The notes under the pieces were generated by a model that was not told the origin of the DNA, did no database searches, and worked only from the letters and a program-made list of their open reading frames with translations. From an uncultured virus (IMG/VR IMGVR_UViG_3300001525_000359) (Duplodnaviria > Heunggongvirae > Uroviricota > Caudoviricetes): a DNA stretch of 64,000 nucleotides. Shown here piece after piece: positions 35,101 to 45,004 of this stretch (position 1 is the first letter of the stretch; every line of letters begins with the position of its first letter). Made by a program: the position numbers and the translations under genes. Where the stretch lies: the IMG/VR virus record IMGVR_UViG_3300001525_000359. One strand, 5' to 3'.

Positions 35101-36984
35101 CATTGGTTTCATTTCGACTGATGGCTTTGCGTTCAGGATCGCACTCGCATACAAAGGCTCAGCCATGCTTGTCTGCTGCATTGTCTAATGAAAAAAGCAT
35201 CTATCTACATGGCGTTTGTGGTCATTCTGTCTTGACACAGCATATGCAGCATCATGCATCTTCATTTCAGGCAAGCTTGACATGATCATGGTCCCTCGAA
35301 ATGCAAGCTTGCTTGTCTCAGCAGTTGTCTAGAAGATCTGAAGATGTCCAAGATCATAGACTTTTGATATGTTTTAGACATGAGAGCAGACACGAAGATT
35401 GATATGCACATTCTTTGCAGCTTCAGTGAGCTGCATGATCTGGCCAGCATATGAAGAAGAAGCGCGACACAAAGTGGTCTCTGAGAAGCAACGGAGGCAG
35501 AGCAAGATTAGTCATCATTTATTATAATGAAGCTGGAGACATCTGTGAAGACGGAGATGTCTATCGTCTTGCAGTTGACTTCAAGTGTGGCATTTCATGA
35601 ACATGCATGCTATGACAAGCAAGAAAGAGTTCTGGCTCAGGTCTAAAGTGACTGAGAGCAGTCATGCTAGATGCACTGGAGCTGTCAACTGCTTCGGGAG
35701 CAATGACATGCTTCTTCATGACATCTGCTTTGTCGCGATCTCACTGTCATGCATGATCTGATGAAAGACGCCGCCCTTAATGAAATGCAAGCATAATGCT
35801 GGCAAAAACGAAGTTATCCAGATGTCTGGAAGAATGATAAGGTCTTAGACATGAAGAGAGCAAGAGCAAAGGCAGCGTTCGTGCTGCTGCGGTCAACTGA
35901 GTTGACTCGTATAGGAGAAAGTGCTGCTTGGAAGTCAACTGCAGACATCTTTGCAGATGGGGACTTAAGCACGACACTTGTGCATGTCTGGAACAGCTTT
36001 GCACCCGTCTGCAAGATATGAACAGCTTATGAATGGCTCTGTTGTCAATGATGATGTCACATGGATCTTGCGGTCTGTCTCAAAAGACAAGGCTGACACT
36101 GATGTCTGCGCGTATGTCTTGCAGTACAACGTGCACAATGAATGCATCTTCATGAATGTCAGGGACACGTTCTTTGCAAACTGCTCATGCATGATCTGAC
36201 ATGACAGATAGCATCAGCAGCACAAAAAGCATCTTCTTGCGGTCTGCAAGCTCGTGGAGAGCTGTGACTGTGAATTTCACTGGTGTAGTGAATTCAAAGG
36301 GTGCTGTCCATCATGTAGACACAGATTTCACACTTGGGATCTCTGGATGCTGCATGATCTGAGAAATGCTGGCGGTCATGAAGATGTCCAGATGCATTTG
36401 CTTTTGATAAAGTCTTAGATATGAAGAGTGGAGCAGCATACAGCTTGAGGTCGGTGGACAGCAGAGCGCATGATGACATTGGAATTGTCGCTTATGACGG
36501 TGACTTCCAGGTCAGCAAGCTCTATTTCCTCTGGACAAGCAATGTCTTGCTGGGAGCAATGATATGATGAAGAGCAGCAAAGAGCAGCAGAGCGGCAAAG
36601 CTATCATGTGGAGCATGCGGTCTTTGCCTTCAAGTGGCTTCTGTTGCGTATGCATCTCTCGATCTGAGAGCTTGCCGACATACTTCAGCGCATGGAGCTA
36701 TGCTGGGTGCTGCATGACTTGCATGATCTGAAGACTGGCATTCTTGAAGGTGTCCAGATGTCTAGAGATTTGATATGATTTTAAGCATGATGACAGCAGA
36801 TGGCAGAGAAGATGAAGCGTGCTTGGCGTACTGGATGCTGAGGTCGCCTGTTGAGAGAGATGCAAGCTTGCATTTCACTCGTGAGCAGGTGAAGACATGC
36901 TACTGTGCATGTGACTTCGGCGGGTACGTGTATGCAGAGCTTCTGGATGCTAAGTGTGATGTCCTTGTTGCATGTGCTGTCTGA
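26149..36984 (+). repeat. tandem array of about 60 WxLRS...ACxI mini-genes with 14 internal promoters
   Basis: Period about 150-190 nt; recurring DNA ctNaggtc and (gca)tgcatgat[ac]tga; ATGA/TGATG stop-start overlaps; units translated by hand. Confidence 0.9.
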
Positions 36985-37008
36985 AAAAAGAATGCAAAAA
37001 AGAAAGAA

Positions 37009-37581
37009 ATGATTGACGGGATTCCAGTTGGGTCGCTAGAGAAGATTGCAGAGCATGTCAGCATCTTGCCAGAGAAGACGGCTTTGGCAGAGAAAGAAGT
37101 CGTGTCAGGTGTCATTGACTTCGTCTTCAGGCAGTTCTTGCCGAAGAAGCTGCATCTCATGCCTGGCATCAGGTTCAGAGCATTTGCATCTGGCGAGCGC
37201 GACAAAGTCAAAGATGACTTCAGTGTCAGGACTATCTACAAGATCAGCTACGGTGTCTGGGTAGTCAATGAGATGTCAGGAAACAGTGAATGTCTTGGCA
37301 GAGTTGTTGACGGCTTCAAGACGGCTCGGTTCGTGACAAGTGATGTGCATGCAGAGCTTCTCGCTAACATTGTGATCTTGCATGAGATCTTCTGCGGCAG
37401 CAAACGACATGTCAATGCAGATGATGACTGCATCAAGTGGCAAGATGGTGTCTTGACAGTCAAGTCAAGAGACGTGAGCTTCATTTTCCCGAAGTTCGAG
37501 ACTGTGGAAGAGATTGTGGCTTCTTTCACTTGTGCTGGATATGACATGAAGATTGACTTCTCGGAGCTTGAGAAGCAATGA
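37009..37581 (+). CDS. paralog family B member
   Basis: HAELLANIVILHEIFCG...FETVEEIVASF..AGYD, closest to 25539. Confidence 0.7.
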   Translation: MIDGIPVGSLEKIAEHVSILPEKTALAEKEVVSGVIDFVFRQFLPKKLHLMPGIRFRAFASGERDKVKDDFSVRTIYKISYGVWVVNEMSGNSECLGRVVDGFKTARFVTSDVHAELLANIVILHEIFCGSKRHVNADDDCIKWQDGVLTVKSRDVSFIFPKFETVEEIVASFTCAGYDMKIDFSELEKQ

Positions 37582-37784
37582 GAAATGAGATAGATGTGAC
37601 AATGCACGACGATGAGTTCACATGTGCTTTCTGGAGCTTGAGGTCTTCGGGAGAAGATGCTAGAATCCCGACTTTGCGAGTTGATGATCTTCGGGAGACA
37701 GTTGCTGTCTTAGACATTGAGGGGTACCCATTTGCTGATGTCATTGGCTTTGAGGCTGACATATGTGCTGCATGTCTTATCTAG
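37578..37784 (+). CDS. WxLRS mini-gene
   Basis: FWSLRS...ICAACLI*. Confidence 0.75.
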   Translation: MRNEIDVTMHDDEFTCAFWSLRSSGEDARIPTLRVDDLRETVAVLDIEGYPFADVIGFEADICAACLI

Positions 37785-37819
37785 CAAAAGCATGACACCA
37801 CCCTTAAGGTTTCTTCAAA

Positions 37820-38428
37820 ATGGAGAGAAAGAAGAAGAGCACTATGCCAGATTTCATGAGATTCTCTGAGATTTCGACAGTTGCTGTCAGGAAGCTAAGT
37901 GCAGAAGAAGCTGCATGCCAGCTGTTGTTTTTGCATAGGCTGCTTGGCTTTGTGCTCGAAGCAGTCTTGCCGCATGAGGCTAAGCTAAGCAGCCACCCTG
38001 TCGATGGATCTGCTAGTACGAAGAAGAAGAGCATGAAGAAGAAGCTGGTGTTCAAGTCTAGATGCAGTGCATTCAGGCTGTCAAGCTCTGCTGACTTCAC
38101 CAGCGAGCTGAAAGTGACATGCAGCTTATCTGATGACATCTTGTTCTGGAGAGTCTCATGTGAGCAGTTCATGACTAGAAGTCATGCTGAGTTGTGGCTG
38201 CTGATGTGTGCTCTTGCTTTCCTGTTTGACGGGAGAGAGAAGAAGCTTGAGCTGCGAGAGAGCTTCTGGAAGAGTCTTTTCCGGAATGTCCTGCTTGAGC
38301 TTTTCACATATGACATGTCTGGGCATAAGCGTGAAGACATTGTAGTCTGCTTATGGCAATGCATCTCGGTTGAAGATGTCATTGCAAGCTTGACGTTGCG
38401 TGGCTATGATGTCTCTAGCTTGCTGTGA
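37820..38428 (+). CDS. paralog family B member
   Basis: HAELWLLMCALAFLFDG...SVEDVIASLTLRGYD. Confidence 0.7.
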   Translation: MERKKKSTMPDFMRFSEISTVAVRKLSAEEAACQLLFLHRLLGFVLEAVLPHEAKLSSHPVDGSASTKKKSMKKKLVFKSRCSAFRLSSSADFTSELKVTCSLSDDILFWRVSCEQFMTRSHAELWLLMCALAFLFDGREKKLELRESFWKSLFRNVLLELFTYDMSGHKREDIVVCLWQCISVEDVIASLTLRGYDVSSLL

Positions 38429-38459
38429 ACGTGTCTTGAGAATAGAAAAAAAAGAAAGC

Positions 38460-39023
38460 ATGAAGACAAGAATGAAGAGAGCACATGAAGCTGCCACCCT
38501 AAGCAATTTGAAGTGGCTGACACGAGAAGATGTCTGTGATGTCAAGTGATCTGCAGTGCTATGCGACATGAGCATTGCCGAGCTTAAGCAGCATAAGAAG
38601 AAGCTTGACTGGATTCTAGGCAGTGTCTGCAAGAATGTCATGCCGCAGGTGCTTGACACAACTGTAGAGTTTAAGACGCATGTCGATGTTGACACACTCG
38701 AAGCAGACATTAGCACTTCTCTTGACACGGTCTGTGTCAGCGGATGCCTGACAAAGTTTGCTTCAGTTGTTGAGAGAGAAGTCAAGTCGTCTGCAAAGAA
38801 GAGCTTGCTCTTAGAAGTATTCATGAAGTATGACTTGGTCTATGACATGTTTGACGGTGAAGACAATGTCTATGAGCCGGATGAGGTGAAGCTTGGCAAG
38901 AAGAGAACTGGCTTGTTCAGCAGAAGCATTTCAAACATATGCTGGAACTACACCCTAAAGAAAGTTAACAGCCTTGAGGAGCTGGAGCTTGAGCTGCTCA
39001 TGTCTGGCTACATGCATGCTTAA
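38460..39023 (+). pseudogene. paralog family B member with in-frame TGA at 38547 (or a shorter gene starting at 38556)
   Basis: ATG 38460 is in frame with ORF 38556-39023; VCKNVMP, SLEELELELLMSGY. Confidence 0.5.
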
Positions 39024-39442
39024 GAGAAGAAGAGTGATGTGTGTGTGAGCGCGCATGATGCATGTTCCTGAACAGCAGCTGCAGATGACATTGTCTGATG
39101 GTTTTCTGGTTGCATTGTCTAGACAGGTTGCTAGAAGCAGCTATGCTGGACATGCTGGATGCTGGATCATGCTGGATATGCATGATCTGGCTGGCTTAAA
39201 GAAAGCAGACATCTAAAGTGCTTGAGAGCATTTTTGGTGTATATTATATATAGACATGATGCAGAATGCTTTAGATGCATTTTAGATGTTGCTGGTGAAG
39301 CCTGTCTATAGCCTAAGCAAAATGACTAGATGCTAGTTGCATATTTGGCAAGCTAGACAGATGAGCAAAGATGATTTTCTGCTAGATGAAGTCTAAGATT
39401 CATCTAATTTAATGAAACAACAAGATGCATTAAAATATAGAC

Positions 39443-40725
39443 ATGACAAAATTCAACTATTGTTTTAACGAAGGCCATAAGTCGTTAAATGAACGCTTGA
39501 CTGACATGGAGGAAGAAGATGCTAAGCTAGAGCTTGCTGAAGTCATGAAGATCTGGGATGCAGTATGCAATAAGCTTTTGCCAAATGCTTTGGATGCTGA
39601 TGATGCTAAGTTTGCATTAAAGATGACGTCTGATGACTATGGGTCTTCAAGCTGGATATCATGGATGGACATAGTAGACGCAAATGCAGCATCTATGAAC
39701 ATAGATGATGTCATGGACAGAAACACCATAGACACGTCTATACTATATTCGGCAGATGAAGAGAGAAAAGACGTTTCATTGTTCTATAAGAACAACCCAT
39801 TCAACAGAGTAAGGAACTACTTGACAGATGATGTGTTTGAGTCACAAGTGAAGTCACAGCTCTGTGAAGCCATCACGTCACTGCGCTGGATGTTCTCTGG
39901 AAAGAAGTTGTCATTTAGGTTCATTACGTCAGGCAGTGACAAGATGACTGACTCAACTGTAGCTGGATGTGCAGTGTCTAAAGCAGTGCTGTCTTGTGTA
40001 TATGGTGCAGTGAAGTTCACAAGATGCGAAAATATTGAAGATGTTGTTGCCATCATCAATGCATGTGACAAATGATTAGAAATTGTCTAAGATTTGTCTA
40101 AAGAAAGTCTAGAATGTTGCAGAAAGCATGCATGTGATGTTTCCAAAATCACATGCATGTGATATAATCTTTTTAGATGGTGAAAGTAGACTACAGTTTC
40201 GATGACTATGAGCTTTCTAAGCAAGTCAATGAGCTAAGCAAAGCAGATGTCAAGACAGAGCTTAGAGAAGTCATGAAGCTCTGGAATACTGGCGTTTGCA
40301 AGAAGCTTTTGCCAAAGGTCTTGTCAACGGACATAGACATTGTCACCAAGATCAATGATGGTGTCACACCAAATGCAATGCATTATGCTAATCTCTACAT
40401 TGCAGAGAAAAAGACAACTGTTGTGATGCATTCATTCATAACAGACAATGTCGTCTCATTTGATGAGTTTGACTCTCGTGAGAAGGCACGACTATTTGCA
40501 GTTGTGATGGCATTTGCAAGCTTGTTCTCTGGCTTTGTCATGAAGTTCAAAGTCCCGTTGCCTGGTAACATGACATCCGACAGCAAAGTTTCATTCTTTG
40601 GCTGTGGTGCTTCTGGTATCTTGCGGTCATATAGAGAAGTTGATGCATTTTTCAAGAGATGCAGTTCAATTAGCGATATGATCGAGTTCATGACATTATG
40701 CGGCTTTGGCAAGAGCATTGCTTAA
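39443..40725 (+). CDS. two paralog family B members (39443-40075, 40177-40725)
   Basis: Both have EL.EVMK.W..VC.KLLP..L, MTxDS.V..C and RC..I.D. Confidence 0.75.
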
Positions 40726-40877
40726 GCATGAAGTCTAGAAAGACGATCTATTGAGATCTATAGCCTAAGCAAAATGTGTCAATAACTTGTCAATAAGTAC
40801 CCTTAATTTTTTGAAGAAGTGATTCCACATTTTCTATGTTTAACTGATCTTTAACATATAATAGAATATGTCTTGAA

Positions 40878-41327
40878 ATGAAATATCCAGCAATAGAAAA
40901 GAAGACACGACTTAGAGACGAACAGTATTGTGCATTTAGAGCATTGCTTAGGCTTTACAATGAAGCTGAGTCATGGGAAGAGTTCTGTGCAGAGCGCACT
41001 GTCCATGGATATGACAATGTCAACAAGTTTCTTGGCATTGACACTTTTCATGTCTACTATCTCATGATTAGCTATGGCAAGAAAGTGAAGCGACTGGCAT
41101 TCTGGATGCCATTTGCTGTCTGGATGTTCTATGCAATAGTCTTGCTTGTGTTTGGGCATAATGACAATGAGCCATTTTCATTCATGTCCAAGTTTGGAGT
41201 ATTTTTGTTGTGGGCGTTAATTGGTGCATTTATCGGATTCATCATCTATGGCATTGTTGACATACTTATCTATGTCTTGACAAGCAAGATCGACAAAGGC
41301 TTGCATAGTGGGAGATATATGATGTGA
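40878..41327 (+). CDS. two-TM membrane protein
   Basis: Two hydrophobic helices in the C-terminal half. Confidence 0.6.
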   Translation: MKYPAIEKKTRLRDEQYCAFRALLRLYNEAESWEEFCAERTVHGYDNVNKFLGIDTFHVYYLMISYGKKVKRLAFWMPFAVWMFYAIVLLVFGHNDNEPFSFMSKFGVFLLWALIGAFIGFIIYGIVDILIYVLTSKIDKGLHSGRYMM

Positions 41328-41410
41328 TCTTTCAAAAAGATGTGATAGAAAAGTTTAAATTAAATCAAATATGTGTTAAAATACAAATTAAATCAAGGAA
41401 ACAAAATCAA

Positions 41411-42097
41411 ATGAATACAGTAGCAAAAGTCGGTATTGGTGTTGGTGCAGTTGCACTTGCGGTGGCTATTTTCCCTGCTCTTAAGGGTCCATACTATCGT
41501 GCAAAGAACTATGTCAATGAGAAGCTTGACAATGAGTTTGTTGTTGACAACTACAAGGCAGAGTATGTGAATCTTCATGAGAAGCGTCTTGATGTAGTTG
41601 AGAACATCAAGAAGTTCAATGTCGAGAAGAAGGTCACTGAGAAGAAGCTTGAGTATGCTGTCCAGAAGACGGACGTCGCTAAGAAGAATGTGATCTCTGT
41701 CGGGACATCTGACATGAGAGCGTTCAATCGTGCTAAGGACGAATATGAAAGCCTCAAGGTTGAAGTGTCTAACTATGAGACGATGCTTCAGGCATACAAC
41801 AATGCGCTTGACAAGCTTGAGAACACGCTTTACCTCATTGACACTAACATGAGCAAGGCGAAGGCAAATGTCACGACACTTGAGAGCAAGAAGACACTTG
41901 TCGACTCTATCAAGGCAGTGAACAAGACAGTTGAGTCGATCAATGGTGTCGGGAGCACTAAGCTTGGCATCAGTGTCGAGAAGCTGGATGACGATGTTGT
42001 TCGCGAGTCGATCAAGCTTGAAGCTCTTCGTGAGACATGCTCGCCCACTACAGACAAGAAGTCGGCTGAAGAGTACCTGAAGAGCTTGCAGGACTAA
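41411..42097 (+). CDS. membrane-anchored coiled-coil protein, PspA/IM30-like
   Basis: N-terminal hydrophobic helix, heptad-rich body of about 230 aa; hairpin after the stop. Confidence 0.4.
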   Translation: MNTVAKVGIGVGAVALAVAIFPALKGPYYRAKNYVNEKLDNEFVVDNYKAEYVNLHEKRLDVVENIKKFNVEKKVTEKKLEYAVQKTDVAKKNVISVGTSDMRAFNRAKDEYESLKVEVSNYETMLQAYNNALDKLENTLYLIDTNMSKAKANVTTLESKKTLVDSIKAVNKTVESINGVGSTKLGISVEKLDDDVVRESIKLEALRETCSPTTDKKSAEEYLKSLQD

Positions 42098-42180
42098 TGC
42101 TTCTTAGTTGAAGTTCAGTAGTAGAATATAGCTGGCAAGCATAAGTTTGCCAGCTATCATTGCATTTAAGGCATAGTATC

Positions 42181-43608
42181 ATGACATACAAGATCACATA
42201 TGACTACATTCCGCAACGAGTTCATGTCGGCAGGTTCACAAAAGCTAGCACAGCACTTGACTGCGGCTATGTGACATGCAAGTACAAAGAGATGAAGTGG
42301 ATAGGCGAAAGCATCTTCTCACGGCTCACTGGTGGCTTCGCGCCTCACTCGCAGAAGAATGCTGAAGTCGAGCTGAAGAAGACGATTGCAGCTGGTGTAG
42401 CTGATCTTGAGAATGTCCCGATGGAAGGCTTCAAGCTCATCCCCAGCACAGACTATGACTTGCACGACATCTACGGCATCCAAGAGTTCAGAAGCGCATA
42501 CAACATCTTGATCGAAGATCCACGAGGTTTTGTCTTTGCAATATCTAGACGAGAGTTGTTCAATTTGCTTGAGCATAATGGCTGCAACATAGCTGATGGT
42601 GTCCTCAAAGGGAAGTTCTGCTATGCATTCACTAACTACACAAGCCGTGCATTGCTCATCTCAGAAGATGACGAAGACTACGCTAATGTGAAGTCAAATT
42701 CAGATGACATCATTGCACAGCACCAGAACAGAGAGCATGTCCTTCCGTCAAAGCTTGTCATTGGCAAAGTGTACAGAGCTGACTCGAACAAGTTGCCAAA
42801 AGGCTTGTACATGTACCTCGGGAAGCATGATGTGTATAGCCCGCTGCTGCATGACAATGCATTCAGCATGAAGAGCTATGCACCATATGAGAAGCTGTTT
42901 GCTTCGCGTCCAAATGACATCACTAGCAAACATCGTTCAGTGCTGTACTACTTAGGCGATGACAAGAATGACTTTGCTAAAGCAAGTGCTGCAACATATG
43001 TGGTAAAGAGCAGTGTCTCGAAGATGCTGTTTGAATCAGATGTTGAAGTTGACTTGACGAAGATGCATATGCCGGATTGCCCTGGAAGTGACTGCACATA
43101 TGAGAGCATCTGCAATGACATGAAGCACAATGCAATGTTCAACAAGATCGACTTTCAGCATAAGCCAGCGCTTGTCAAGATGCCATATGAGCTCTTTGCT
43201 GCAATGTTTGACGTTACTAAGCAAAGCAAGAATGACTTGCTAGACGACTTGAGGTTCTACCCATTCTGGCTTCATTCATCTGCTTGCTTCTACACAAGTG
43301 CTGGCAAAATCGCGTTCATTGCACAGATGCCAGAACGTGTTACAATGTCATACACCAAGAGATATCGAGTTGCTGAGCTGCAAGAGAATGAACGTAAGCT
43401 AAGCAGTAGGTCATCGTACTCATCTTACTACAGGAATGGCTGTGTCTGGGTGACTACGCTTGACAAGGACTTTGACTCATTCCAAGAGTTCTATGATGCA
43501 GTGCAGCCATATATGCTTGAGCTAAAGCTTGAGAATGGCAATATGATAAAAGCTGAGCATGCATGCTTCTTTGCTAAGAAAGAGCGGACGACATCATCAT
43601 ATGTTTAA
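42181..43608 (+). CDS. conserved phage hypothetical protein
   Basis: ENVPMEGFKL...IEDPRGFVFAIS...LEH...I.G pattern. Confidence 0.65.
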   Translation: MTYKITYDYIPQRVHVGRFTKASTALDCGYVTCKYKEMKWIGESIFSRLTGGFAPHSQKNAEVELKKTIAAGVADLENVPMEGFKLIPSTDYDLHDIYGIQEFRSAYNILIEDPRGFVFAISRRELFNLLEHNGCNIADGVLKGKFCYAFTNYTSRALLISEDDEDYANVKSNSDDIIAQHQNREHVLPSKLVIGKVYRADSNKLPKGLYMYLGKHDVYSPLLHDNAFSMKSYAPYEKLFASRPNDITSKHRSVLYYLGDDKNDFAKASAATYVVKSSVSKMLFESDVEVDLTKMHMPDCPGSDCTYESICNDMKHNAMFNKIDFQHKPALVKMPYELFAAMFDVTKQSKNDLLDDLRFYPFWLHSSACFYTSAGKIAFIAQMPERVTMSYTKRYRVAELQENERKLSSRSSYSSYYRNGCVWVTTLDKDFDSFQEFYDAVQPYMLELKLENGNMIKAEHACFFAKKERTTSSYV

Positions 43609-43638
43609 TGAAATCTAGACATTTGATACAATTACATC

Positions 43639-45003
43639 ATGACAAACTACATTATTGATATATCGTCTGCATATGTTTGGGCATTTGCAGTTGGCATTTT
43701 TTTAATGAAATGCTGGCATTCTTGGCTCTCTTGGAAGAACAAAAGCTACATTCTTGAGACGGAAGGGAATGCTAAAGAAGTGATTGGCGAAATTGACTCT
43801 CGTGGTGTTGAGCTCTTCACTGAAGAGAAGCTCAAGAAGTCAATGCAGTACAGCAGGTTCAGTGAAGCATTCGGGCGACTTAACAGCAAGATCACCACAA
43901 TGATCACTCAAGGCATCTTCTTGATTGGCTTGACACCATGCATGCTGCATTTCTTCAACATGCAATGTGGGCTTTCGTTCTGGCTGTCATTGTTCTTGTG
44001 GCATACTGCTATGAATGCAATTGACATCATTGTCGAATATCCATTCTCTTGGTACAGGAACTTCAGGCTTGAAGACAAGTTCGGGTTCAACAACATGACA
44101 ATGAAAACATTCAATGATGACAAGATCAAGTCGTTCATCATCTCTACCATTACGTTCGCGATCATGTCGTTCGTTGCAGTTAAGCTGCTAGAGCTATATC
44201 ATGCAGAGTTTGGGAAAGTCGATGTCATCTTTTGTCTTGGGATCGCTTGCATCTCGCCTATCTTCTCTCTCATCTATGAGCTCATTGACTTTAAGTTTAT
44301 CGATCCATTGTTTAACAAGCTCTCTAAGCTTGAGAATGAAAGCTTGACAGCTAGAATTGACAAAATGATGCAAGATGCTGGATACAAAGTGTGCAATGTC
44401 TTTGTTGTTGACACTAGCAAGCGCTCTAAGCACTCGAATGCGTACTTTGCTGGCTGGGGAAAGAGCAAACGTCTTGTCCTGTCTGACACACTGCTCTCTA
44501 CAATGTCTGATGATGAAGTGCTTGCAATTGTCGGGCATGAGCTTGGACATGCAAAGTGCCATCATCTGGTGATCAGCCGCATCATGAGCATGTTCGGGAC
44601 ATTCATTTTCTTGTGGGCTGGCACGTTCATGATGTACAACATTGACTTGATGCATGCATTTGGCTACAGGTTCATCACGACTGATGAGATGGCAATGACA
44701 TATGCATTGATTGGGCTTGCATTGTTCACTCAGGTCTGGGGAGCATTCAGCTGGATCTTTGACGGGCTCTCTAGCTACATCTCTCAGAAGATGGAGTATG
44801 CTGCAGATGCAATGTCGGCCAAGTTCATGAAGACAAGCGACGCGATGGTGTCATCTCTGTTCAAGCTGTATGTTGACAACATGTCATATCCGCTTGTTGA
44901 CAAGATGTTTGAGATGTGGAACTACTCACATCCAAGCTTGCTGAATCGTGTGAAAGCACTGAAGAAGCTTGATGCTGAAGAGAATAAAGAAGAGGAGGCA
45001 TAA
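43639..45003 (+). CDS. M48 family (Ste24-like) membrane zinc protease
   Basis: F.LE.KFGFN, DTSKRSKHSNAYFAG.GKSKRLVLSDTL, HELGH, EYAAD, YSHP.L..R. Confidence 0.92.
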   Translation: MTNYIIDISSAYVWAFAVGIFLMKCWHSWLSWKNKSYILETEGNAKEVIGEIDSRGVELFTEEKLKKSMQYSRFSEAFGRLNSKITTMITQGIFLIGLTPCMLHFFNMQCGLSFWLSLFLWHTAMNAIDIIVEYPFSWYRNFRLEDKFGFNNMTMKTFNDDKIKSFIISTITFAIMSFVAVKLLELYHAEFGKVDVIFCLGIACISPIFSLIYELIDFKFIDPLFNKLSKLENESLTARIDKMMQDAGYKVCNVFVVDTSKRSKHSNAYFAGWGKSKRLVLSDTLLSTMSDDEVLAIVGHELGHAKCHHLVISRIMSMFGTFIFLWAGTFMMYNIDLMHAFGYRFITTDEMAMTYALIGLALFTQVWGAFSWIFDGLSSYISQKMEYAADAMSAKFMKTSDAMVSSLFKLYVDNMSYPLVDKMFEMWNYSHPSLLNRVKALKKLDAEENKEEEA

Positions 45004-45004
45004 G

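Noticed and set aside
26149..36984. CRISPR array, suggested by the regularly spaced tgcatgat[ac]tga motif
   Set aside because: Motif is short and degenerate, the period is 150-190 nt, the 'spacers' are open reading frames with conserved residues, and no cas genes are present
26149..36984. Integron cassette array
   Set aside because: Units overlap by ATGA with no room for attC hairpins; no integrase in the window
29601..38549. TGA recoded to Trp
   Set aside because: Only three isolated in-frame TGAs; TGA is the normal stop of many genes including coupled ATGA junctions, so these are better read as nonsense mutations
39030..39420. ncRNA or origin in the gap with gctgga(c/t) repeats
   Set aside because: Only short degenerate repeats and a cassette-like remnant (tgcattgtctag); no convincing structure
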